This document shows positions 27,818 through 40,400 of a DNA stretch of 64,000 bases, piece by piece (position 1 is the first letter of the stretch; each line of letters starts with the position of its first letter). Source of the DNA: Phoronis australis (Eukaryota > Animalia > Phoronida). The stretch lies in the NCBI GenBank assembly GCA_002633005.1, contig NMRA01000501.1:226911-290910 (forward strand), in the 5' to 3' direction. A program made the position numbers and the translations under genes. A model generated the notes under the pieces. It searched no databases and was not told the DNA's origin. It worked only from the letters and a program-made list of their open reading frames with translations.

Positions 27818-28441
27818 ACAGGCTGCATAAAACCACAAATCCCTCACCATCTAATCAAAGCCAGCAGAAGATTACAGTACATCATAGCAGGTAAAAACAT
27901 GCTAATCTAACAACAAACGAAGAAATCAGAACAAATCAATGGTATAATAAATTAAATATAAACTGATCCCTCGGGCATCAAACATCAGGGGGCACTTGGC
28001 CTCCAGCAACATTGATGTTTATGTAACCTGACATTGCCCTTGTTTCATATTTGTATAACACAATCACAATCACATCATTATTGGGTAATATCTCTGCAGT
28101 ACACTACAATGTTGTAAGGTAACCAACTTCCTACACAGCTACTTACAGTTAGAATGTCGTTTAAATATCTTGTCTATCACCTGCTGACGGTGATTGCAGT
28201 GTCACCTATAGTAGTACCCTTCCTGTCATCAATAAATGAGGTCTTCCTCGAGTTTTCTGAGGTTTTAGCGTACTTTTTCCCGGGTGATTTACGTAAATGA
28301 CCTTATTTCGGTGGAAGTCCTCAGTCTAACACATGGATAAAATACTTCGAGTCTGGAAGGCTGTTTGAACCTCAGCTTGTACCTTTCCTGCGTACCTATA
28401 GTCAACAAAGCATTAACAAAATTCCAACTGTCTAATAGTGA

Positions 28442-31400
28442 TCAATCCGTCCGATAGGTGCCGCATTTCTTGTTGCCCTTCTTGTGACACTTGCAGTTTT
28501 TTATCCACATATAATTTTTCGTAACTGTAACGTTTTTGGCTGGGCAATGGAAGTCTATAATCTTTGTTTTGTCCTGGTTCGGGACGCAGCATCGGTTGTT
28601 TTTGCACGTGCTGCAGAACTTTGGTTTCCATTGAAAGACGCTTGTGCAGTCGTTCCACTTGATGTGCATTTTTGTTATCACCTTCGTAGTTGGTCGACAC
28701 ACGCCGTCCTGAAACAAAAATAGTCTGATACTGTTTGGCAAGTTTTGCGGTGACAGAGAGTTCAGTAAAGCTAGACTTAGCGAGATTACGTGAGATATTG
28801 CCATGAATTTTAAATGAGAACACGTTGGCCAGATTTTAGCATGGTAAGTCCTAGCGTTACTGAAATCTACCCTGGTCAGAAGCCAGTTGTCTGCCATAAA
28901 CACGAAGTTAGGTTATGTTCGGTCCAAGTATATAATACAATACGGCCTCGCCAGTTACAAACAAGTTATTGAAACATGGTTTCCACTTAGTTTGGCTTAG
29001 ACCAGAGTGTAGTTTGCAAAGAAACTTTCTGATGCTGTTTTCATAACGAACAAATGTCTGTCGCTTACAGGGTTGGTATTCAGATATTCAGAATTATGGA
29101 AAAATGTACTAGGTGAAGTTTAAGGAAAACTTTGTCGTAGAACCATACGGAAGATTTAGTTTGCCACGAGTTCTCATCCAAACTACCTCGAGATTTCGTT
29201 GTGGAACCATAGCTTACTAGATGAGAGTGATGGGCACTGATTTAAAATTAACTGTGATGATAGTATATGCCCTTTACGTACGAAAAACTATGTTGTTTAG
29301 TGATGCATTCCCGGCATGATCTCAGGAAGATGTACGTACCGTATGCGCTTTAGCAATGTCCAACCTTGATGAATTTCATTTATCTGATGGTAGAGTGTAA
29401 AAGCTACATTTTTATGCTTTGAAAAGACGAGAGAGGTTGTAGAGAAATGTTGGAGGTTTAAGTCTTATGAGCTTGAACGCTATCTTTGTACTGTGGGCCT
29501 CTGGCCTTTGATACAATGGAAAAAGACATACTGCAAGTAATGTAGGGACACCCACTGCTGCACGAAAAAACTGGGATCATTGTAGAAAAACGTGGCCACG
29601 GGGTCAGTTGGCCGATTTGGAGGAACTATGGGTTATGAGTTAGCACTTCCTTTTAACTATCTGTTTTTGTTTTGGGGGGCATATGGTTTGCCACTTTCTA
29701 TAATTTCATTTTCTACCCCAGTACCTTACGCGAGTAATATGACTAACAGGCCAAAACTCCTGACTGCCTTTTAGTTTTGCGAAACATGCCAATCCAGAGC
29801 TGTGTATCTGAATTATTGCGCTTGATTCCGTGTCCCAAACTTTGGACGATGATTTGACCACTGATATATAGTTTTGATTAGCTGCTTTGTATTGTCTTTA
29901 TGTTAGAATCTGAAGCAATATGTATTCAAATAAACACAGAAAACTCAGGAACCCCAACTGGGAGTAAAAGTCCTTTTTCCTGGGAGACGTTCCTGATTTG
30001 TCTGTGTTTATAGTGATTCACTATCGGCCAGCGTCAGGGTCTATATTTGCAATATGTATTATTCAACAGAAAATAAGGAGCGATTGTGACACAAATTCAA
30101 TACGACAGTTGGCCCGAGTTAAGCAATCACCGGTGCGTCAATGAAATATTCATGCCCCAATGCTGCACATCGTCCAATCCTAAAATTATGGCTGCAGGAG
30201 CTATTTCTTCGTTATTCTGCTGTTTTGTTATTCAAAGGACATATTAATGGTCTGGCTTCAAGATCGCAGGATAATCAAGTCATGTGCACACATAATGCAG
30301 ATCTTCGCTACGAAGATGGCCTTTTTTCGATTCACTTACGGTCGTGACGTCTTGATAACCACATGGTCGAAGCATGCACAGACGAATTTCTTTCCTTTCT
30401 TCGCATTCCGCGTTATCGTTGGTTACTCGATATGATTCGCCAACGTCACATGACTTTGAGCACTGTGACCAATGAGAAGTCTTCACGTTGCAAGCTCTGG
30501 CTTTTCGAGTTGGGTTTCTTGTTGTTGCTGCAGTAACAAATGATTGACATTACGTGGTAGCAAATATTTTGCAGAACTGCATGACTCGATGATGAATTCA
30601 ACAACAAAAGTTTAACGTCACACCTAAGAAATGGTCTGGCACAGGTTGTACCAGGCATGCGCAGGCCGCTCAGGCCGGCCTGTTGTACTGATCACCTGGA
30701 ACCCTTTTGTGTTTTGTTAGTATGCTTTTTATATGTATAATTTGGAACTGATCAATGTACGACATAACAAAATCAGCCTATTAAAGTTAAAGGTGACTGT
30801 AAACCCGCCTTCCATCACGAAAAATACAGTTTTAGACCACCCACTCGTTATTCTGCATTAGGTGGAGCTACGTTCGAATGAAAGTTGACAACTGGCTCAT
30901 TCTGAGTGGGAACCGATGAAGTGAGTAACACTGCCCCGTGGACGGCGTTCCGTTCTAGGCCTGGCTTTAGTTGGCCACAGTTTCAGTTCCTGTTCCCGTC
31001 TGCCCCCGCCCAGCGGGTTTCTTCAAATGCGGAGACGGAGCGCTAGCTCGGACGTTTTGAGAACGAGTTTTTGTGCCCCGTTGCATGAAACAATCCCAAA
31101 CAGGGACTCAACTAGTTTCCTCAAATCTTTTGCGTATTTGTTTCTCTCTTCACTCACAGACGTTATATTTTTTCTGTCATTTTATCTTTATCATGAGCTC
31201 CTTTTTGACTAATGATATTTTGCCTGTTCTTCAAGGGAAAGCAATAAAAATACAGGGTGGAGTTTCGTAGACGCAAAAAAGGGAATTGTGTGATCATAAT
31301 TGAATCTAGTGCGATGTCACGCGGTAGGCTCAAATCAACACTCCCCCCCGTACTTGTTTTTTTTTTTACTAAAGGAAACATCAAACCTATCATATAGGTA

Positions 31401-34400
31401 ACAACCGACTATAGGTTCGTTTACGCTTAACATTCGTACCAGGGGCTGGGGAATCTCTCTGACGTATCTCCGGACACACCCACTCTTTGCAGCAAACGTT
31501 GCTGATGGACACTAACGTGGCGTTTTTACAGTTCGGCCTACAATGTGCAAAATATAGCTAGTAAAACACAACAATGTCCAATCAAAAATACATCGTAGCG
31601 TTTACTAAAACAAAATGAGACGATACTGTATGTGTCCGTCCAAATTTTCAGACATTTAGAGTTGCCTACGGTGCAATATGAAATCCCCATCCCCTTTACC
31701 AGAAGATTAATTTATTTCTTCTTTTGTATGAAATTTCAAGCCCGCAAGCCTGTTTTATACAGTTTTGTTGACCCGTTGATACGCAGTCATTGGAAGAAAA
31801 AAACGATTTGAAGCGTTTAAAGTCCTCCGACTACGACCTCCCCTTCCTTGTCGAGAACAGTTTAGCGACCGTCACGGGTTAGAGGCGGAGCAAAGGTTAC
31901 CCAGGCGATCGCCCGAGTTACGCTTAGGGAACTTGATTGTATTGGGGCATGCAGGCTATTTTAGGTCGCCTCTCCAACTCTTTCTAACCGCTTGCCAGCG
32001 ATGCTGTGTGCAACTTCTTTTACAAGCCACCTTTTAATTACCCATAGTGGCCCACTCAGTTATGTTCGACGAAATCGTATCAATTCTAAATCGCTCCCCA
32101 GTAGAGGCCTCCAGGTGGTATGCCTTACAGCTACATGTAAGTGCTTAAGAATTAACATATCCCCCCGGGCCCAGTTTAATCAGCTCTCATGAAGTGACCC
32201 CGCTGACCTCTGGCTCTCCTGCGGACACAGGCTAGTGCAGCTCACCACGCCATTCTGACAGGTACAGAGTTCTCTGCAGGAGCGCTCGTATTTCTCCCCA
32301 TCCTCAAGGATCAGCGAGTCCGACAGGCGGCACTTCTTGCCGTCTTTTGCTGAAAAAAAAGCGTGAAAGGCTGATACTTTTACGACTATACACCATTCAC
32401 TACAACTTGAATGATGACTTTGTGACATAAATTTCTATATAGGCCCAACAACATGGTCGCAGCTGATGTGCAATTCTCTCGAGTACCCTCTTACACAGCG
32501 CCACCTATGCTGAAAAGTGGCCCTGTGAAAACATGATGAACAACACACTGAATATTCTGTGTGTGGGCATCAATGCTCATACTTGGTCGGAAGTTTACCG
32601 ATCACATCGCCACCACTTGCAAACGTCCCCTATGCACTGAACTTGTTTGGGATTAATCCAATGGATCAATGTTTATTTGATTTTATTTACTTCGATCACT
32701 GCCCGCTATATAAATTACAACTCTTCAAGTAAAAGGTGGTTCCATACTACGTAATAGAAAACTGAAGGTGGTTCCCAGACTTCAACCAATGGGAATGACT
32801 GAATGTTATGACGTCGATGTCATTACTTTATCCATTGAGAAGCCATGTTAAACAAATTCCACAGCGCTACCTTTCGTAGGTCTGTGAAGGAGTGTATTCC
32901 TCGAGCAGAGGTCGGACATGCTTCGGGAAATCTATGTACTAAATGAAAATTGAAAGCAGACATGTCGTGACCTGTACTGGAAAAAAAAGGAAATACATGT
33001 AGGCCTGTGTCAATCGTCCAATCCATTTCCCGCGCTCATGGCATAATGCTTGCTCACCTTTGCACACTCCAGTCAGTTGCTCCTCGTCTGCTTGTTCGTA
33101 GCCGATGTCTGGTCCCCAGTCACAGATCAACCCGTTCGCTTCGTCACATCTTGCTGTCGTTGTACACCTATCACCTGAAGAAAAAATGGAAAGAACGATG
33201 ACATATCACGCACTACGCAATGTATGTGTTCCAGAAAACGTGACATACATGTAAAAGTACTGCTTAGACACACGTTGTTGGATTCTTGAAAGGACATTAT
33301 CGGCGAGAAAATTAACATTTTAAGATCAGACTTGGCGCGGGTTCGGCCTAGAACCCCGCGGTTCCACAGTCTAATGCTCTGCTCGGTGGGGTTAAACCTC
33401 ATTCTATAAATGGCAGCGTAAGGAGAATGCCACCCGATTTAATTAGTCTTTTTCGACATCTTAATCGGTCTATATCCACTTCGCCTCGCATACGGTCGAC
33501 CTTACCTTGCCAAGAGGTGTCGCGTTAACCTGTGAGGAAAATGAGAAACGACGCTAGCGACGTCAGTGGTTCATATGCAGAGAGAATGCCGCTATGTTGC
33601 GGTGCAGCTTTCCCGCTTGTCCGAACTAAGCAGCTGCGAGGAAAGCGGGTATATCGTTTTTTTTTTACTTCCTCGAGAGTCCGAAATGCTTAGGAAGTGG
33701 CTCATGGTAATGAAGAATGAAATGTACGCTGTAAATAGCAAGTATGAAGCCGCAAAAAAAATCTCCGTGTCTGTGGCCTGCAGACGTCGACTGTGCCTGA
33801 CGATTGCCGGCTTACCAAATAACTCCATACGTTCCGTTGTCTGAGCTTGTTCACGACGCCTCTCTAGTATTTCTTCATCACTGCATTCCTGTTCGAATTG
33901 ATAGCCTGTAGAACTTAACGATCCACCAGCGAAGTCGGGACTGATGAGCTCTAGCTCGTCCTAAGTCGGGATTGCGAGTTGCCATGTTGGCGTTTATTAC
34001 TGAGCGTTCTGTTTCAAAATGAATTATTCTCACCCTAACCAATACATATATAAAACTGAAACAAAGTCTGTCTCATTAGATGCAATTTGTAATGCCTTTG
34101 GAGTGTTCGTGAGTGCAAATGATTTGAGAAGCCAGCAATGAATAAATCACTGCGTTACCGGCTTTAGGTGCAATAAAAACTAATTGACGGGACACCGAGG
34201 CCGTGTGAGCTCATGCTTATTTAGTGTTTGCTGGCAGAAACTGTTGTGAAACAACTCGATTTCCATCCCACAGTCAGGTGTTGGGGGAATCTTTATTTCC
34301 TTTTACATTACTCAAATAATGATTGTCAATGTACAACGTCTGTCCTGACGGTGCTGTGGCCAAAGCGGCGCNTGATGACTTTGTAACGTAAATTTCTATA

Positions 34401-37400
34401 TAGGCCCAACAACATGGTCGCAGCTGATGTGCAATTCTCTCGAGTACCCCCTGACACAGCGCCACCTATGATGAAAAGTGGCCCTGTGGAAACATGATGA
34501 ACGACACACTGAATATTCTGTGTGAGGGCATCAATGCTCGTACTTGGTCGGAAGTTTACCGATCACATCGCCACCACTTGCAAACGCTATGCACTGAACT
34601 TGTTTGGGATTAATCCAATGGATCGAGGTTTATTTGATTTTATTTACTTCGATCACTGCCCGCTATATAAATTACAACTCTTCAAGTAAAAGGTGGTTCC
34701 ATACTACGTAATAGAAAACTGAAGGTGGTTCCCAGACTTCAACCAATGGGAATGACTGAATGTTATGACATCGGTGTCATTACTTTATCCATTGAGAAGC
34801 CATGTTAAACAAAATTCCACAGTGCTACCTTTCGTAGGTCTGTGAAGGAGTGTATTCTCTCGAGCAGAGGTCGGACATGCTTCGGAAAATCTATGTACTA
34901 AACGAAAATTGAAAGCAGTCATGTCGTGACCTCTACTGGAAAAAAGGAAATACGTGTAGGCCTGGGTCAATCGTCCAATCCATTTCCCGCGCTCATGGCA
35001 TAATGCTTGCTCACCTTTGCACACTCCAGTCAGTTGCTCCTCGTCTGCTTGTTCGTAGCCGATGTCCGGTCCCCAGTCACAGACCAACCCGTTCGCTTCG
35101 TCACATCTTGCTGTCGTTGTACACCTATCACCTGAAGGAAAAATGGCAAGAACGATGACAAACACGCACTACGCAATGTATGTGTTCCCGAAAACGTGAC
35201 ATAAAAGTACTGCGAAGACACATGTTGTCGGATTCTTGAAAGGACACTATCGGCGAGAAAATTAATATTTTAAGATCAGCCTCGGCGCGGGTTCGGCCTA
35301 GAACCTGCGGTCCCAGTCTAAGGCTCTGCTCGGTGGGATTGAACCTCATTCTATAAATGGCAGCGTATTTTAAGATTGTTTAAATGGTAACGTCACCGGT
35401 TCCGTCGAATGTCTGGCGGACAACGATGAGAATTGATACTTTGTAATAAAATCGCTTCTGCCATTTTGTAACGGAAAATTAAAGTTTTACTCGGGAAATA
35501 TTTCACATATTTGTTCCTCAATTTTATTCAAGTGTTTTACTTATAAACTCGTGCGCGTAATCGCGGAGCAAGCGTTGGCTCCACATGCATGTATGGCGCA
35601 TGGACTTAAACAGAGGCAGGGTGTAAAACTGGTCTCAACGTGCCCTTTACTCCGGTTAAATGTAATTTCAGGGCTTGGAAATAGCTGTTAGTTCGTTTTT
35701 TTCGGGAGGCCTGGCGGTTCTCAGCTTCCTCCCCGCCCAAGCCTCAGGATGGCGCTGATCGGTTTTGCCGTTCGAAGCTTGGTTATAGGAATTACCTTCT
35801 GCGCCATGATTGGCTGCTGGCTTGACGTCATTAAAACAAAGGCAGATTTTAATTACTTTCCCAGGTGTTGTTGCAGCCATTCATGAATTAGAAGGCATTA
35901 TTTTGGTTATTGTTTAACAAAAGATGTTGGCATACTTATTTTCAATTTTTTATTTATAGTATGATAGAAATCTGTTTTTGAGAAACAAAATACATTATTT
36001 TTGCAATAATTAGGACCTACATTGCTGCAATGTACCGCTAATTTTCATTCTTGTATAAAACTGCAAAAAATTCAAATTTAAATTAATCATGATATTGCGG
36101 TGATTTCCGTAAAAATGTTTGACCTGATCAAGTTCCAAAGGTATTTTGAGGTCGAGTTGCAGCACCAAGTTCAGTGCCTTGAAGTGGTAATGCTTAGACT
36201 ACAGAACATAGTTCACGTATTTGTTGGACCAGAACACCAACCGAATCATTTACTTTGCAAGTCAACATTCGCGTGACAAGTCGGTCACACCACCTGGTGA
36301 CTGACCGTTGAAATAATAACGCTACAAGCTCTCAAACAGCTAATCACTTGAAGCACTTAGAAGTGCCAGCGCCACCTGGCGGTAAGTGGCAGCGATGGCG
36401 GCGACACCAATAAACAGAACCGCAATCACTATAGACGATCAAATTCATTCTGATCTCACTCACCATGAGACCGACCGCATTTGTGACAGCAACCGCACCC
36501 ATCCAGAACTAAGCCGATGCCACTCGGGCATACCGGCGGCGGGTCGTCGCACTTGCACGGCCAAACGTCGCGACAGTGAATGCTAACCTGAAGAAACAGA
36601 ATGGATGTGAGAAATGACAATAACCATCTCAGCCACAGTATAACAGCTTTCTAAAGATCATGATTGTGATGATAATCTTGAATAGAAATTTTCTACATAA
36701 GCAATACTATCGTTGCATTAAATTAATAAAAAATGACTTGCCCTGTGTATTAGCTCTTCATTTCTGCGAAATTGAAAAAACAACAAACCCCGAACTGTCA
36801 CATAGAAGCTATTTTTGCGAAATGAATGCACATGCTAGGGGTAAGTTGAAAACTGTTAATAGCCAAAAATACAAAGTGTTGTAATGCTCTTCCGGAAATT
36901 ACAACCGCAGAAGAGCTTTTCTTTCAATTGGTGAATTTACTTTGAAATGGCCCTGATACTATGAGGTAAGTGTGTTATTCACAAACCGCTAATATTACAG
37001 TGTAATGACTCGTAGTGTTAAAACAAGCGGAACTGTGAATATCATCAAATCAGTATTTCTCACCTGACCTGGAATGTTTTACGACACGACTGGTTCATAA
37101 CACCGATTTCGTAACTTTTTGATGTTACATGGGCGAATCACAGAGTAATGCAAAGTAGAAATCCATTCGCTTTACATTTTATCGCCTGCAAAAAACGCTA
37201 GACCAACCAAACGCGAGCCAACCAAACGCGCGCCAACCAAACGCGCGCCAACCAAACAATGCTGGAATTCCGTGAAGGTGACAAGGTTATGATTGACAAA
37301 TTGGATGTCGCAACTGTACATGTACGTACACCCCGTCGGAACGACTGGCAAACAGCTTCCGTATCCGCGTTCATTCAAACGGAGACGAACTCCAACCCAA

Positions 37401-40400
37401 GTAACGCGGTGAGACTGTCTAGCTGTGCTTTCTCAAGGTCAAATTCAGTGCTCACGCGCGGGGAAGCCTTACTGACAGTTTTTATAAACAATCGTTAAGT
37501 TTTAATATTACAACCTCAAAGGCTATTTATTAGAGTCTAACTTGAATATTTGTAACGAAAGCTGAATGCAATTGACAATTGTTAAGTTTAAAATAAAACT
37601 ATTAACCGAATGTAACTGAGTTTACTTTACATTGCGCAAGCGTGTTTTTACAAAAGTGGTGTCATTTTGTTGAAAGTTTTAGACACGTCTAGTTTTTCGG
37701 CAAAAAGATTGTTTTTACGGTTCATGTGAGAAAACAAATCCTAAACTTGTCTCAGGTTTATGACATGGGCAAAACCTCTTGGAAATTTCGTAGGATTCTG
37801 TATTTAATATAAGAAACGTAGAATAACCTTCCACACTTCCGGAATTTCTACCGTTTGTTTTACTAATCACGATCTGAACTTTGATCGAATTTACTCTCGC
37901 TTATGATACGGATATATCTCGGACGCATACTGTACGTCACCATAGTAACTGCCTCAGATTTAAAGGGACATTATATGATTCAGTATACCGCCATACAAAG
38001 CATTTTGGGATTGTTGTGGAGTAGTTTAGACCTCTTGAAGTTCTAAACTTTGTCCCGAGCTATAAAACAAGAGAATCCGTGTTGTTTTGGTGATTTATTA
38101 CAAATCGTCAATTCTCGCACACCGATGTCTGCCAGACATTCGCGGGAATTAGGGCCGGTGACTTTACCAATAAATGCTCTGCAATTTACCGAGTGAGGTT
38201 TACATGTACATGTAGCTTCGATATGAGAATGTGAGCTTGCAAACGCAGGTGTTGCAGGTTCGACTCCGCGTTGAGGCATTTCTCAGAAAAATACTTTTTT
38301 TCGACGATAATGCCCCTTTAAATTGATTGTAGATGACATGCGCATCGTGCAGTGGTGTTACGGAGTGGGCAATTGACGTGAAAGTATAATCCATTAATGA
38401 AATTTCCAGCAGCAATCACTGCAATGTTCAAACCTGCCCGCGGGATGGGAACTTCAAATGATGTTTCCCTTTGGACAACGAGATTTAATCATATCAGTCG
38501 GAGACATGGGATGAACATGGAAATTACTTTGATAATCACCAGATATCCTAACCGCTGGGGACGGCAATGATTAATTCAGTTTCATACATGGCGAGATTGT
38601 GATATTACGGCGATGTTTTTAGTTTCTCTTACAGGAAGCAATGCACGACACCTTATTGAAGTTTTACGTCTGTTCATTGTTTACTGCATGATAAAACAAT
38701 GTTTTAAAACTGCATTTTCTCAGTGCTTATCTGACACACACCGAAAATGAATTGAGCTACTTTTGCTCATAATACCGGCCTCCTAATATTCGTCATCGTA
38801 ATAAGACTTGATTTGTGTTACCAGCAAAGCCATCAGCGATATGTACAAGTGCATCCACGTCATGGCTCCCTAATACTATATACTTTCTCTCGTCTCTGAG
38901 ACGCACACTCGTACTGGATCTTCATCCAGACATGATATTTAGCCCCCTGCTTTTGTCAGTGCTGCGCCGCCCATGTGATACATGAGCGCACTCAGCCTCT
39001 AATATGAGGGAGGGTGCTCGAATCTCTGACAAAGTGGACCTTTTGCTGATAACAAAAAAGCGGGAGGACTAAAAAAAACGAAGTACCACCGTACCACCTT
39101 CAGGTCTGTGAACTGTGCGTCTGCGCCTTTTTAGTGGACTTTTGTCTTGTTTCTCGGACTTTTTGTTTCTTTGAGGCGGACCTTTTTACCCACTTCGCCA
39201 AATGGAGGGGCTCGTTCGAGCCCCCCGAGCCCCCCCCCCGGGTGTGCGCATGTGATATCAAGATACCCCCGACCCAGGACTGAGTACCACAAAGGCAGTT
39301 TCGCGCTCTCTAGCGCCTTGCTGTGGACTCACTACAAAGCACGTCAAGACCCAATATTTGCCTTCACATGTTCTGACTTTAAGTACATGTTCAGTAATTG
39401 TACGTCATACTGGTGACTTCTTACATATTTTGTTAGTATTTTACTTACAGTAGTACATGTATTTAGTAACAAGTGCAATACGAATTACTGCTTTTCTAAA
39501 TCTTAATTTGTGTAATGTTTTGTGCACATCCCTTTCAACTGTGTTATCCGGCCGTTTTACTTGAGGTTGCATTTCGTCTCGTTTTAGCTGTCTCGAAAAT
39601 GAAAATCAAATTATGCCTGTTTCTTACGTAAAAACGGTTTCTCCTGATAGTGTAGTTGATTTTCTGTTTTCAACTCCAGTCAAAAACAATCCATACTTGC
39701 GCTATTTTCGAACTCGCAATTTCAGGGTTTCTAGGGTTTGGACAATGCTAGAATTCGAAATTTGCACAAGGACATGTATGCATTGCCTATGACTTCAGGT
39801 GTCCGCTCAGTCGGCTCCAATTCAGGATCAGATACATGTCCTGACGTTCTGTTTAAACCCTTCACTTGATAATTCAATATTGACAGCTAAACAGCGGCGG
39901 AATCCCGGTCTTACTTTCAAGTCATTATTATCTCACCACTGCAACAGCTCGTCGAGACAACTACAACTGACGACTTCGCTGTTGTTCTCGCTCCAGTTCT
40001 TTTGCATCAACGCCAACCCAACTAATCGATGTACTCTCTAATATTTAAAATAGCAGATTTGATCACAATCACTAACGTCGTATTCTTCGTTATCAAATAA
40101 TCGCCTTCTCTTTTTCGGTCTTTCTGCGGTCAAGCTGCGTCGCCACTCGCCGTAACATGACGCCATTTTTACAGTCGTCCACGTCGTCATCATCATCAAA
40201 AGTACCATCATCATCCTCGTCACCATCATCAACACCATCATTACCCTCACCACCACCATCATTACTCTCACCACCATCATCATTATCATCACCACCACCA
40301 TCATTACTCTCACCACCACCACCACCATCATTACTCTCACAACCACCACCATCATTACTCTCACCACAACCATCACCATCGAAAAAATTTCCGCCATGGC

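Noticed and set aside
31072-31224. Possible extra CCN hinge exon
   Set aside because: Stops in the required frame and is an inverted fragment of the 10398-10814 MITE. The CCN frame is complete without it.
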